Shown in pieces: positions 1 through 9,369 of a DNA stretch of 64,000 nt (position 1 is its first letter; each line of letters begins with the position of its first letter). Location: IMG/VR virus record IMGVR_UViG_3300014839_000005, positions 32,001 through 96,000 of that record. The stretch is one strand, 5' to 3'. The DNA comes from a virus. A program made the position numbers and the translations under genes. Under the pieces are notes generated by a model. That model made no database searches and had not been told where the DNA came from. It saw only the letters and a program-made list of their open reading frames with translations.

Positions 1-107
1 ACATATATTTTAGCATTATCTATAAATTTATTATGTATTCTACAAGTCACCTTATCACCTGTTTTGAATACCTGTCCATTATAGATAAAACTAGCTCCTA
101 TTCCCAT
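1..107 (-). CDS. Partial member of the tandem paralog family (runs off the window edge)
   Basis: Hand translation from ATG at 107: MGIGASFIYNGQVFKTGDKVTCRIHNKFIDNAKIYV; same YNG-x-x-FKTGD-x-x-x-C...A-x-IY pattern as its neighbours. Not in the ORF track. Confidence 0.7.
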   Translation of the reverse strand, partial: MGIGASFIYNGQVFKTGDKVTCRIHNKFIDNAKIY

Positions 108-465
108 TAATTAACTCCTTATATGTTAAAATTTTAGGAAAAGCATTAACAAGAATATATTCAAAACAATCTGGTAATTTTAATTTCTTAATACCACATA
201 CATCAGAACTTCTAAGTTGAAATAATGGATGAACATAAAAAGCCCAGCTCCATTTAAAACCTAAACGATCTGGGGCTTTCTCACCATCATAATAATTTTG
301 ACATATATAACATAAGACACTACTATCTGATGTTTTTATTTTTGTTATATATATTGCAGTAGTTTCTATAAAAGATCCTTGTATGTGGCATGATATTTTA
401 TCACCTGTTTTATATAATACACCATTAATTGATAATGTATTAAAATGATTAGTATTTTCTTCCAT
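91..465 (-). CDS. Tandem paralog family protein (KTGD / ICQN / GYKYSW family), function unknown
   Basis: NGVLYKTGDKISC, YICQNYYDG, GFKWSWAF, DCFEYILVNAFP. Confidence 0.85.
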   Translation of the reverse strand: MEENTNHFNTLSINGVLYKTGDKISCHIQGSFIETTAIYITKIKTSDSSVLCYICQNYYDGEKAPDRLGFKWSWAFYVHPLFQLRSSDVCGIKKLKLPDCFEYILVNAFPKILTYKELINGNRS

Positions 466-467
466 AG

Positions 468-764
468 TTACCTCGTAGGGAAAGCTGTTTCAAGAATACT
501 TTCAAAACAGTCTGTATTTAATTTTTTAACATTGAACAGTTTAAATTCACTTGAATGTATTGCATATGAATAACGATATCCAAATTTATTTAAACAATCC
601 CAACCTTGTACAATATTTTGACAAAGAAAAAAATATGACTCTTCACGATTAAGTCTTGCATCTTTAATTGTGCGAAACACTCCATCATTACGCAATATCT
701 CGAATGAAACATAATCTCCTATCTTAAATTTAATTCCATTAATTATAAAAGTTTCTTTATCCAT
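468..764 (-). CDS. Tandem paralog family protein
   Basis: INGIKFKIGD, LCQNIVQG, FGYRYSY, DCFESILETAFP. Confidence 0.85.
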   Translation of the reverse strand: MDKETFIINGIKFKIGDYVSFEILRNDGVFRTIKDARLNREESYFFLCQNIVQGWDCLNKFGYRYSYAIHSSEFKLFNVKKLNTDCFESILETAFPTR

Positions 765-766
765 TG

Positions 767-1053
767 TTAATTCCTTGCATTAGGAAATGATTTATCCAAG
801 ATCTCTTCAAAACAATTTAAATTTGATTTTTTTTGTAAATTATCAACATGATCTGTTGGCAATCCAAATAATATATTGAAAGACCAACTGCGTTTATATC
901 CTAGATTATTAGGAGAACGATTGCCATTTTTAAAATTTTGACAGATATATCCTATTCCACCACCAATATTTCAGTTTCTACTATAGTACAAGTAATCTGA
1001 TCTCCTGTTTTGAATTTTTACCCATTATAACAAAAAAAGTCACCTGCAGCCAT
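767..1053 (-). pseudogene. Degraded paralog of the tandem family
   Basis: ATG 1053 MAAGDFFCYNG*KFKTGD (TAA where the neighbour has CAA/Gln); after a frameshift, GYICQNFKNGNRSPNNLGYKRSWSF...NCFEEILDKSFP, ending TAA at 767-769. Confidence 0.85.
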
Positions 1054-1054
1054 A

Positions 1055-1384
1055 TTATTCTCCTATACGAGGAAAAGATTTATCTAATATTCCTTTAAAA
1101 CAATCTGTTGTTACTTTTTCTAAACCCCTTACTTGGTCATATATATAATCACCATTAACTGCAAATGCCCAACTATATTTATAACCAAACTGCCGAGGAG
1201 ATCTATTACCATTTTGTTTATTTTGACATATATATGCAGTCGTTCCATCGCTGGTTTTACTCTCTATATCATCTAACACATACAATACTGCATCAGTTAT
1301 AAAAGAACCATTTATATTACAACGGACATGATCTTTTGTTTTAAATTTTTGTCCATTATAATAAAAGAAACTATCCATAGCCAT
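1055..1384 (-). CDS. Tandem paralog family protein
   Basis: YNGQKFKTKD, YICQNKQNGNRSP, FGYKYSWAF, DCFKGILDKSFP. Confidence 0.85.
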   Translation of the reverse strand: MAMDSFFYYNGQKFKTKDHVRCNINGSFITDAVLYVLDDIESKTSDGTTAYICQNKQNGNRSPRQFGYKYSWAFAVNGDYIYDQVRGLEKVTTDCFKGILDKSFPRIGE

Positions 1385-1385
1385 A

Positions 1386-1817
1386 TTATTCTCCTATAGC
1401 TTTTGCAAATTTTTCATTTTCTTGAGTAATGAAATTATCAATAAGAATAGCGAGATTATCTTGATTAGGAATAGGTTTATAAAAAGGGCTAATATATGGA
1501 ACTTTATAAAGAGTAAAGTCTTTAATTGGCTGATCAAAGGTTCCTGTAGCTACCGTAACTATTGTAGCATAAACATGCCGATATCCTAGATATTTTCTAT
1601 CATTATCACCATCGCCACTGTCTATTTTATTATTACAAATAAAAATATATCTATCCCCATTATCAAAATCCATCTCATCATAAGCATCAGTATCAGATTC
1701 TCTTTTTGAATGGATATAGATTTTAGCATCATTAATTTTAGTACGACGAATAATACAAGTAATTTTATCACCAGTTTTATAAGTGACACCTTCTAAGCGC
1801 ATAGTAGTATCTTTCAT
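1386..1817 (-). CDS. Tandem paralog family protein
   Basis: YKTGDKITC, DAKIYI, FICNN, LGYRHVY. Confidence 0.8.
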   Translation of the reverse strand: MKDTTMRLEGVTYKTGDKITCIIRRTKINDAKIYIHSKRESDTDAYDEMDFDNGDRYIFICNNKIDSGDGDNDRKYLGYRHVYATIVTVATGTFDQPIKDFTLYKVPYISPFYKPIPNQDNLAILIDNFITQENEKFAKAIGE

Positions 1818-2224
1818 GATTTATATACTCCTTCAATAGATAATTTATCTTTTAATATCATTTGGTCTATTACTTCTTTTAATTTATCTTTTTCCACTTT
1901 TTCAAATTTAGTGACACCATCAGACCAAGAAGGAAATGGTGTACCAAAGTACGTTGATTCAAGCAATCCTGTTCCAATAGCAAATTTATAGCCTAATAAA
2001 TTAGGGTTCCATATGTGAGTTTCTGGATTCCAACTTGATCTTTCATTATTACAAATAAATATAATTGGTTTAAAATGATTTACAGCACCAGCTACCCTTA
2101 TCATTTCTTCACAAGAGCAAATATAAACTTTAGCTTCATTAATATTATGTCCATTATAGATGCATTTAACAGCATCTCCAGTTTGTATGATTTGATTTTT
2201 ATATTCAAAAAAACTATCCATCAT
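1814..2224 (-). CDS. Tandem paralog family protein
   Basis: QTGDAVKC, EAKVYIC, FICNN, LGYKFA; ATGA overlap with the next gene. Confidence 0.8.
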   Translation of the reverse strand: MMDSFFEYKNQIIQTGDAVKCIYNGHNINEAKVYICSCEEMIRVAGAVNHFKPIIFICNNERSSWNPETHIWNPNLLGYKFAIGTGLLESTYFGTPFPSWSDGVTKFEKVEKDKLKEVIDQMILKDKLSIEGVYKS

Positions 2225-2628
2225 ATATTTATCACTCCTTTTTCAATTGCTAATTTATCACGAGATACCATAACATCAATAAGATTTTTTAATTCATCTT
2301 TAATTTTAATTTTATGTTGAACATCTGTAACATGATCACTCCAGACATTACCTTCAAATTTATTAATTAAAGCTGCAGTAAAAGCTTTTTCATATCCAAA
2401 ACCACCAGGATAGGGACTTTCTCCCAGATGATTATCATAAAAATTATTATATACAAACATGACACCAAGCCAAACGCGATTTCGTCCCCATATTTCCATT
2501 ATTTCTGCTTCAGAACATACATAAATTTTAGCATCTGGTATGAAAGAACCATTTATTTTACAAGAAATTGAATCCCCCGTTTTAAATACCTCACCATTAT
2601 AGATTATAAAATCAATTTTCATAGACAA
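2221..2628 (-). CDS. Tandem paralog family protein (likely ATG at 2622)
   Basis: YNGEVFKTGDSISCKING, DAKIYVC, FGYEKAF; C-terminus similar to 1814..2224. Confidence 0.8.
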   Translation of the reverse strand: MSMKIDFIIYNGEVFKTGDSISCKINGSFIPDAKIYVCSEAEIMEIWGRNRVWLGVMFVYNNFYDNHLGESPYPGGFGYEKAFTAALINKFEGNVWSDHVTDVQHKIKIKDELKNLIDVMVSRDKLAIEKGVINI

Positions 2629-2693
2629 TATCCTCCTATAGGCTTTATATATAAAAAAGCAATCATTGTCCCAATTAATGTTAAAAGATTAGT

Positions 2694-3485
2694 TTATACT
2701 TCTACAAACTTGGAAAGCTGGGTTCCGCAACGCCCACAAAACTTATTGCCGTAAGGGTTGCTCTTACCACACTGGCCGCAATAAACATGTCTCGTTTTCT
2801 CTACAGTGATAGGTTCTTGCCTTCCCATCAGTTGAAGTCTAATAATGGTTGGTGAACCATCTTTTCCTTCAAATGATGTTCTTCCAAAAACCTGACCAGA
2901 CATTGAACCTGGAACTGTAGCGCCAGGTGTACCGGCAGTAAATGTAACATTTTGTGCTCCCATCATAGAGTTGGTGCTACATTTTGCATTTCCAGTAGAA
3001 TTTGAACATGAGTAAAAAGAATTAATACTCTGTCCACCTCTACTACAAATACTGCCGCCATCGTTGCATGGAACGTAGGGTTTAGGATAAAACCCAGAAT
3101 CAGGAACGATATAATTGAAATAAACAGTCTTCTGGATTTCCTTCCAGAATTTTACTTCAATTAATCCATTTTCAGGACTGTTTGGGTCCTGAACTTCACT
3201 ATGACACAAAGGCACAAATTTAAAGCGGTTGCCTCGAAGCATGTCCCCATCAACGAGGAACCGCTCTAAATCCACTGAGGAATAAGAATGAAGGATGAGT
3301 TCATCTCCGCCCAGAACGTCTGTTCCGTCGATACTGACGGAGCAACAGGCGCGTTGCCAGTTGTCGTTCTTAAGAAGGAGACTATACTCGGAATTGAAAG
3401 GCAGATAGACCTTGCCGGCAATTTCCCTAAGGACTTTTTTGTTGGAATCTTTAACGGCGAGGACGAAGTTATTGGAGTGCATCAT
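2694..3485 (-). CDS. Hypothetical phage protein with a C-terminal double zinc ribbon
   Basis: C-terminal CGQCG...CGRCG; 263-aa ORF with RBS. Confidence 0.7.
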   Translation of the reverse strand: MMHSNNFVLAVKDSNKKVLREIAGKVYLPFNSEYSLLLKNDNWQRACCSVSIDGTDVLGGDELILHSYSSVDLERFLVDGDMLRGNRFKFVPLCHSEVQDPNSPENGLIEVKFWKEIQKTVYFNYIVPDSGFYPKPYVPCNDGGSICSRGGQSINSFYSCSNSTGNAKCSTNSMMGAQNVTFTAGTPGATVPGSMSGQVFGRTSFEGKDGSPTIIRLQLMGRQEPITVEKTRHVYCGQCGKSNPYGNKFCGRCGTQLSKFVEV

Positions 3486-3595
3486 TGTATGACTTTCTAT
3501 GGGTATACTGACCAGACACCCAGTATTCTTAAGGTCAGTTGGGACAATGATTGCTTGGATAGAAATATAATGATTATTCCAATAATCTGCAAGAA

Positions 3596-4018
3596 TTATC
3601 GATAAAATAAATTACTTAAATGATCTAATATATACTGGTCTCTGCTATCTAAGTGTGCCCAACGACATACAAATTTTAAACACATTCCTGATCTTAGCCG
3701 TTTAGGAAGGCGACAACCCTTTCCAGGTTCAAAGAAGCCTAAAGGACCCCAACACAATTTATATGTCTCCATTTCGCTTTCAGGAATAAATTGTAAATAT
3801 CCAAAATTTTCATAGCATTTAGTGCAACAGCACCCCGCCTCTACAAATGTGTCGCCCTTACCTTTTTGTGCTCTTGCTCTAATACATTGTCCATCTTTGA
3901 AATCACATTTAAAGCCTAAAAGATCCTGAATACTAGCCGCATGTTCGTGGGTTTTTATTTGAATATCTCTCATAGAGCTTACTTTTGTTTTTAATGCATC
4001 AAGTTTATGCATAGTCAT
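3596..4018 (-). CDS. Cys-rich hypothetical protein
   Basis: GCCCTKC, GKGC, MCLKFVC; co-oriented with neighbours. Confidence 0.65.
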   Translation of the reverse strand: MTMHKLDALKTKVSSMRDIQIKTHEHAASIQDLLGFKCDFKDGQCIRARAQKGKGDTFVEAGCCCTKCYENFGYLQFIPESEMETYKLCWGPLGFFEPGKGCRLPKRLRSGMCLKFVCRWAHLDSRDQYILDHLSNLFYR

Positions 4019-4027
4019 CCTTTTGTT

Positions 4028-4267
4028 TTATTTTTTTATTCGTTTTTCAATAGTTGGTCTTACCTCATTCCACTCAAGAGCATATCCAAATAACTCCTGA
4101 GGATTTTTTTTAAGACACATAAAACCTTTACGAACTGCGCAAGTTCGACGAGGGCTACTGTAATGCAGTGTTTCTAATTTATTTGATACTTCCTCAAAGT
4201 CAGGACATGATCTCTTATCTTCAGCAAACATATAACAACAACACTGAATGATTCTTTGAATAGGCAT
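4028..4267 (-). CDS. Small Cys-rich hypothetical protein
   Basis: ORF track; fits the operon tiling. Confidence 0.55.
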   Translation of the reverse strand: MPIQRIIQCCCYMFAEDKRSCPDFEEVSNKLETLHYSSPRRTCAVRKGFMCLKKNPQELFGYALEWNEVRPTIEKRIKK

Positions 4268-4303
4268 AATTTTCCTTTTTTGAAATTGTTTAGATATTTT
4301 AAA

Positions 4304-4990
4304 TTAAGGTCTTTTTCTATCAGGAGGAATGAGTGCTTGTATTTCAGGTGGAAAATGTTTAATTCTTTCTTCTGTTTTATTATACAAATCAACAAATGGA
4401 TATCCGCAAGTTCTGTCCTTATGATCCTGATGAGTGGTAAGCCATGGAAATGGTCTTTCTACCCATGGAATAATAAATGTTCCCATTTCATCCAATTCTT
4501 GAATTCTGGATAAGACTCCTTCTCTGCAGTCGGTATATCTGACATCAATACCTTCGTCAGTTCTATGACCGCTGCCATGGACCCAGAAATTAGGATCATT
4601 TGATTTAAAATTATAGCACCAATCTCCTCCATTAAGTCCTTTTTTAATCATTGTAAAAGTATCAAAATGGAGTAGAATTCCTCTGGTTTTTTCCCAGAAA
4701 CAATAAAAATCTTCTTCTTTCTTAGAGGCTTCGCTGATAAATTTTTCTTGATAAATCTGAACAAATCCCATTTCAAGAAATGTTTTAATATATCCCTCTA
4801 AAGACATATTAAAACAAACATCATTATTTTGAAGAAGAAGTTGTTTTTTAACGTCGGAATGATCCATGTGCGCTAACATGCCAAGTAGTGTAGTTGTTTC
4901 ATCACTTTGACAATCCTTGCCAGTAAAATTTTCGGCAAAAGCTAATGGATCAAACTCCAAAGCTTCCTTGATTAATTTGTTTAAATTCAT
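4304..4990 (-). CDS. Hypothetical protein
   Basis: 228-aa ORF with RBS. Confidence 0.75.
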   Translation of the reverse strand: MNLNKLIKEALEFDPLAFAENFTGKDCQSDETTTLLGMLAHMDHSDVKKQLLLQNNDVCFNMSLEGYIKTFLEMGFVQIYQEKFISEASKKEEDFYCFWEKTRGILLHFDTFTMIKKGLNGGDWCYNFKSNDPNFWVHGSGHRTDEGIDVRYTDCREGVLSRIQELDEMGTFIIPWVERPFPWLTTHQDHKDRTCGYPFVDLYNKTEERIKHFPPEIQALIPPDRKRP

Positions 4991-5259
4991 TTGATTCCCC
5001 CTTCAGGAAATGCGTTTTCAACTATATGGTCAAGTGGTTTTTTATCTTGTTCAATTTGTTTTATAACCTTTTGATTAGCTTCTTCTACACAGTAATCATC
5101 TATTTCAAAACTATCATCCATAAACTCTGCATTGTCATATGGAAGTCCTGCATTTCTTGCTGCTTCTATAGCTTCTTCAAGATTTTTTGCTTGAACATAT
5201 ATACTTCCGTAATTACTCCACGAGCATGGAATCCTGAATTCATAAAGTTTATCAGACAT
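4987..5259 (-). CDS. Acidic hypothetical protein
   Basis: ORF track; stop overlaps the ATG of 4304..4990. Confidence 0.65.
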   Translation of the reverse strand: MSDKLYEFRIPCSWSNYGSIYVQAKNLEEAIEAARNAGLPYDNAEFMDDSFEIDDYCVEEANQKVIKQIEQDKKPLDHIVENAFPEGGIK

Positions 5260-5268
5260 AACTACCTC

Positions 5269-5472
5269 TTAATCAGCCATTAACTGTTCGGGTTGGATTT
5301 CTGTATTTTCATCACAATCAAAACATTTGCGCAATTCCTTCATCGGGGCTCTACAATGTTCAGCTGCATCAGATGCCACTTCTGGTTCTGCGCCATCCTT
5401 GATATACATATTATAAAGAACTACTCTTTTTTGAAGTATATTTAAATCTCGCATTTTCATATATTCCTCCAA
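5269..5472 (-). CDS. Hypothetical protein
   Basis: GGAGG RBS; lies downstream of a promoter motif. Confidence 0.6.
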   Translation of the reverse strand: MEEYMKMRDLNILQKRVVLYNMYIKDGAEPEVASDAAEHCRAPMKELRKCFDCDENTEIQPEQLMAD

Positions 5473-5494
5473 GTTAAGTTAATAACAAATGATT

Positions 5495-5511
5495 CCATTA
5501 TTGTTATTACC
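5495..5511 (-). promoter_or_regulatory. Class-1 phage promoter motif ATAAC(A/T)ATAATG
   Basis: Minus strand GGTAATAACAATAATGG; recurs at 8131, 13552, 35377 and 40735, always intergenic and upstream of leftward genes. Confidence 0.6.
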
Positions 5512-5525
5512 TAATACCTAAAAAA

Positions 5526-5551
5526 ATAACTGCCATAAGATTGGCAGTTAT
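5526..5551 (-). terminator. Intrinsic terminator (possibly bidirectional)
   Basis: ATAACTGCCA/TGGCAGTTAT 10-bp stem with an A-run on the left and a T-run on the right. Confidence 0.75.
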
Positions 5552-5558
5552 CTTTTTT

Positions 5559-5819
5559 TTACTTGCGTTTTTTAGGACGCTTAGGAGTGACTTTTTTAGG
5601 CGATTTTTTAACTTTTGGCATTGGAGGTGATAGTTGTAGATAGCCAAAATTAAGACCAAGGAAGTGTGTACTGTATGTTCTTATTTTTTCGGGATGAACA
5701 GTGGGCGACGAAAAACGAACATAGTCTTGAATTGCTTTGTAATCACTAATTCCTGGAGCTTTCCTGAATTCCAGGCGTAGGATTACTTCTACTATTCTGG
5801 TTTCAGGATTGAGACCCAT
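5559..5819 (-). CDS. Hypothetical protein with a basic C-terminus
   Basis: ORF track; Lys/Arg-rich tail. Confidence 0.6.
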   Translation of the reverse strand: MGLNPETRIVEVILRLEFRKAPGISDYKAIQDYVRFSSPTVHPEKIRTYSTHFLGLNFGYLQLSPPMPKVKKSPKKVTPKRPKKRK

Positions 5820-6009
5820 GTTTTTTTACTTTCTTTTTGAGTAAGTTAATATTATAGTGATTAAAGTATTTCATTTTAACAACACAGCCATCGGCATTTA
5901 ATGGCTCTCCCATCCAATCTACTCCTTTTGCCAGATACTTTCCTAAGTCAACCTTTTTACCATAATGCACTTTAACGATGAATGAAACGATAATTTCTTC
6001 GGTTGGCAT
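5803..6009 (-). CDS. Hypothetical protein
   Basis: ORF track; tight tiling. Confidence 0.55.
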   Translation of the reverse strand: MPTEEIIVSFIVKVHYGKKVDLGKYLAKGVDWMGEPLNADGCVVKMKYFNHYNINLLKKKVKKHGSQS

Positions 6010-6387
6010 TTATGCCTCCTCTAATTCCTGGAAAGAACAATACACCGTTTTTCCATTTTCAAATCTAACGTGGAATGGTAATGCTGATCCTTCGTCAATC
6101 CCAACCACTTTTCCAATAGTCCCTGGCTCCACTTGGGGACGTTTAATAAGTGAATTGGGATTAAGACCTTTTTTATTTAATTTAACTTCAGTATTGATTG
6201 GATACTTTTGTTCAAATGCCAGGGAAATTCGTGTTACAATAGCCACTTCTCTGTTATATGGCTTATTGATTGTTACTTCAGTTAAATGGCTTAATCCCAA
6301 ACCTGTAATATAATCCCGTAAATGATCAGCCAATGTTTTGGCATCATCTTTTTTAGCCACTATCGCAATATTTATTGTGCGGTACAT
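6010..6387 (-). CDS. Hypothetical protein with a C-terminal SH3/KOW-like beta domain
   Basis: VEPGTIGKVVGID...FHVRFENG pattern. Confidence 0.6.
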   Translation of the reverse strand: MYRTINIAIVAKKDDAKTLADHLRDYITGLGLSHLTEVTINKPYNREVAIVTRISLAFEQKYPINTEVKLNKKGLNPNSLIKRPQVEPGTIGKVVGIDEGSALPFHVRFENGKTVYCSFQELEEA

Positions 6388-6422
6388 AGGTAGGTCCTTA
6401 ATGGTGGCAAGGTGGGAGAAAA

Positions 6423-6446
6423 AAGGGAGAGGGCGAACTCTCCCTT
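6423..6446 (-). terminator. Intrinsic terminator
   Basis: AAGGGAGAG/CTCTCCCTT stem followed by a T-run on the minus strand. Confidence 0.7.
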
Positions 6447-6460
6447 AGGTTTGTTTATAG

Positions 6461-6859
6461 TTACTTACGAAATTGCATTCTTTTCAGTTTATCCAGCGCC
6501 CAGCGCTTATTCACATTTTTATTATATTGATTGAGAACTACCACATCAGTCCAGTTGACTATCTGACTGACTATTTCAGTATTTCTCAATGCTGAATACA
6601 TAGAGGATATGATAGATGCCGCTCTGCACAGTCTTATTTCATTCTCAACTTTCGGAGCGAATGCAGCCGTGACTGAGATAAATGGATTTGTAGGAAACTC
6701 CATTACATATTCATCGGGCCTTACTTTTCTGATGATAACCGATACAGTCTTCTTCTTCAGTAAGGGTCCATGCTGTTTATATATCTCAATTACATTATCT
6801 GTCATCCTCACAAGCCAACCATGGAGGCCGACCTGTTCTGAAAATTTCTTGAAATCCAT
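6461..6859 (-). CDS. Hypothetical protein
   Basis: 132-aa ORF. Confidence 0.65.
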   Translation of the reverse strand: MDFKKFSEQVGLHGWLVRMTDNVIEIYKQHGPLLKKKTVSVIIRKVRPDEYVMEFPTNPFISVTAAFAPKVENEIRLCRAASIISSMYSALRNTEIVSQIVNWTDVVVLNQYNKNVNKRWALDKLKRMQFRK

Positions 6860-6874
6860 TGTCTTTTCTTTCTG

Positions 6875-7471
6875 CTAGGTTGATACTTTTTGTCGAACCT
6901 CCAATCCTTTTTCAGGACTGACGACTTCGACAATATCTACGGTAGGGATTTGATTCATAAACGTTGCAAATTTCTTCAACACCACTATCGTTTTTTTGGA
7001 CAATCCCTTTGTGGGAAATGTCGTCATTTTAAGCATCATTACATTGTTTGAGTGGCGCTTATATTGTCTCACCGCTCTTTCAGGCTGATTATCTGATGCA
7101 CTTTCGGGGATGTGCTTCAGATTAGCTTTGATATTTGATAACGACTTAACATGTCGCGCATTTTTTATTTTTAGCACTTTTGCAACATCCATTGCGGTCA
7201 TATCGGGGTGATCGGTAAACATCTGTTTTGCTTTGATCTGAAATTTAGCAGACAGATTTGATACCGTACTCACACGGAATGGAGATATTTTTTCTGAATG
7301 ATGATGAGTCTTAATAAAATATCCCCTTAACGCTCCCAATGATTTAAGTTGTACGTCACTGAAGGACTTTCCAAGTTTAGCTTCAATTTGTTTGGGTAAT
7401 AAACTTGGATCCCTCGAAAGCATTTCTTTTATTTTTATTCTGAGTGGATTAGGTAGGTGATAATGACTCAT
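6875..7471 (-). CDS. Basic hypothetical protein, possibly DNA-binding with two helical repeats
   Basis: Two similar segments (IKEMLSRDPSL..QIEAKL / AKQMFTDHPDM..DVAKVL). Confidence 0.6.
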   Translation of the reverse strand: MSHYHLPNPLRIKIKEMLSRDPSLLPKQIEAKLGKSFSDVQLKSLGALRGYFIKTHHHSEKISPFRVSTVSNLSAKFQIKAKQMFTDHPDMTAMDVAKVLKIKNARHVKSLSNIKANLKHIPESASDNQPERAVRQYKRHSNNVMMLKMTTFPTKGLSKKTIVVLKKFATFMNQIPTVDIVEVVSPEKGLEVRQKVST

Positions 7472-7474
7472 TTA

Positions 7475-7645
7475 TTACCCTTTCTTTTTGTTTAACTCTT
7501 CTTTTTTATCCATCAATCTTTTTAGTTCTTTGGCGCTGCCGCCCCTTGCCTGGACTTTTTTAATTTTTTCATCAATGCTTAACGCATCATGCTTTGCCTG
7601 GCGAATGGCGGCTTGTTCTCTTCTCGCCTGTTTCGTCGATGGCAT
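7475..7645 (-). CDS. Small basic helical protein (56 aa, not in the ORF track)
   Basis: GGAGG RBS then ATG 7645: MPSTKQARREQAAIRQAKHDALSIDEKIKK...KKKG*. Confidence 0.65.
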   Translation of the reverse strand: MPSTKQARREQAAIRQAKHDALSIDEKIKKVQARGGSAKELKRLMDKKEELNKKKG

Positions 7646-7679
7646 TTATGCACCTCCACAGGTTGAATTTATCGAAAAA

Positions 7680-8078
7680 TTATGTTGATTTCAGCTCTTT
7701 AGGTTTTTTTCTGAGGATTTTAAATAGACTTGAAGCTGTTTCCGACATGTTCGTCTTTTCGATTGCTGCAGCAATCAGCACTTCCGTTGGCATTGATTCA
7801 TGACCCACAAACATGTAATATGCCAAATTTTGAACAAACAGAATCTGTTTTTCTTCATCGAATTCAGGTGAAAAGAAAACAAACTTTTCACTTACGGCCC
7901 GTCCTGCCGCCTTGGTTCTTCCAGTTTCTTTGCAGAAGGCATCGAATTCTTCATGGCACTTGCACACGCCCCATCGAAGTCTCCCCTTATCAGGTTCTTC
8001 TATCATCGCAAAGGTACATCCACCTTTTGCCAATAATAGCCCAGCATTGTCGTGTTGTCGAACATGAAAGTATTGCAC
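7680..8078 (-). CDS. Hypothetical phage protein
   Basis: GTG start with GGAG RBS. Confidence 0.65.
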   Translation of the reverse strand: MQYFHVRQHDNAGLLLAKGGCTFAMIEEPDKGRLRWGVCKCHEEFDAFCKETGRTKAAGRAVSEKFVFFSPEFDEEKQILFVQNLAYYMFVGHESMPTEVLIAAAIEKTNMSETASSLFKILRKKPKELKST

Positions 8079-8103
8079 TTTAGCTCCTTTGTTTAAGTAA
8101 ACA

Positions 8104-8146
8104 AATAATGGAGTCAGAACTATTCTGACTCCATTATTGTTATTCC
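8104..8146 (-). promoter_or_regulatory. Class-1 promoter motif overlapping a perfect 16-bp inverted repeat
   Basis: AATAATGGAGTCAGAA-cta-TTCTGACTCCATTATT (8104-8138); motif at 8131-8146. Confidence 0.6.
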
Positions 8147-8167
8147 GTTAAATTAGGCAAAATAACT

Positions 8168-9358
8168 TTACTTCCCTCTCATTCCCGCATCAAGTGCAAT
8201 ACCTTTTGCGGTTTGTGCTATAAGTAAATTAATCAATTCATTTGCTCCATTGTTATAGCCTTTTCCTTCTCCTCCCATTACAATAGAAGGAACCCAAGCT
8301 CCTGGATATTTTGCAATTGCGTCGGCATATTTTTCATTCACATATTTCCATGCTTCAAGTTTAACATCAAGAGCGCCGTTTGCATTCATAACCAGTTTCT
8401 TACGTTCTGCCTCTCCCTCTCCAAGAAGGATTTGTTCCCTTTTGGTTTGTTCTGCAGCTTTTGCGGCAAGAGTGGCAACATCCAGTTTCTGCTGTGCTTC
8501 AGTAACGGCCTGAGCTTTAACAACCTCTTGTTTCCATTTTGCTTCAGCCGCATTAGCTTCTCCCTGCTTTGATACTGTAATCACATTTTGCTCAGCTCTT
8601 TTTGCTGAAGCTATAGCAGTTTGAACATCCATATTAATCTGCTGTTGCTGTTTGATCTGACCTTCAACAGCTTCATCGTATGGAAGACTGGTAATTGAAA
8701 AGTTAAAGGTGCGAATTCCATATTCTTTTAAAACAGGCTCTTCCTGCCTTGCTGGAATTCCATGTTCATCTTTAACAATATCGACTGTTGTGACAGTCTT
8801 TTCATTATTGGTAATAGGATCGGTTGTCTTAACATCTTTTTGCACTGTTTTATAAACACCATTTGATATTTGATCCTCAACATAGTTAAGCAGATAATTT
8901 CTTTTCTCTGCATAACTTTCTTTGGAACTCATAAGAGGGCCAGTCATATAAATACATTTATTGACTGTCATTCCCACTAATTGAGTTTCAACTGCTTCCC
9001 AACTTCCATATTTGATATGCATATTGGTAAGATGAGGAATATCTAACGGTATTTCTATCTGAACAGAACCATTCATAGTTCCGTGTCCACCATCGTTGAA
9101 ACGGACGGGTGTTTTGAATTCATAGGAACTACGCCGAGGATATTTGGTGACTTTCCCGAATCCTTGATATTTGATTCCCTGATTTGTAAACCAGGTCAGT
9201 TTTCCCTTAACAGGGCTTTGAATAACCATAACATGACTGGCATCAAGGTTCTCGAAAACGCTGCAACTTGCAATAAGCGCAACTAATGCAATGACGAGAA
9301 GTGCTATCAACTTGATGGCGCTAATCATTGCTTTTGTTGTCGGACTTTGTTCCTGCAT
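8168..9358 (-). CDS. SPFH/band-7 (prohibitin/flotillin-like) membrane protein
   Basis: N-terminal hydrophobic helix, SPFH-like core (SYAEKR, FNFSITSLPYDEAVEGQI), Ala/Glu/Gln coiled-coil tail. Confidence 0.8.
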   Translation of the reverse strand: MQEQSPTTKAMISAIKLIALLVIALVALIASCSVFENLDASHVMVIQSPVKGKLTWFTNQGIKYQGFGKVTKYPRRSSYEFKTPVRFNDGGHGTMNGSVQIEIPLDIPHLTNMHIKYGSWEAVETQLVGMTVNKCIYMTGPLMSSKESYAEKRNYLLNYVEDQISNGVYKTVQKDVKTTDPITNNEKTVTTVDIVKDEHGIPARQEEPVLKEYGIRTFNFSITSLPYDEAVEGQIKQQQQINMDVQTAIASAKRAEQNVITVSKQGEANAAEAKWKQEVVKAQAVTEAQQKLDVATLAAKAAEQTKREQILLGEGEAERKKLVMNANGALDVKLEAWKYVNEKYADAIAKYPGAWVPSIVMGGEGKGYNNGANELINLLIAQTAKGIALDAGMRGK

Positions 9359-9369
9359 TTTTAACTCCT

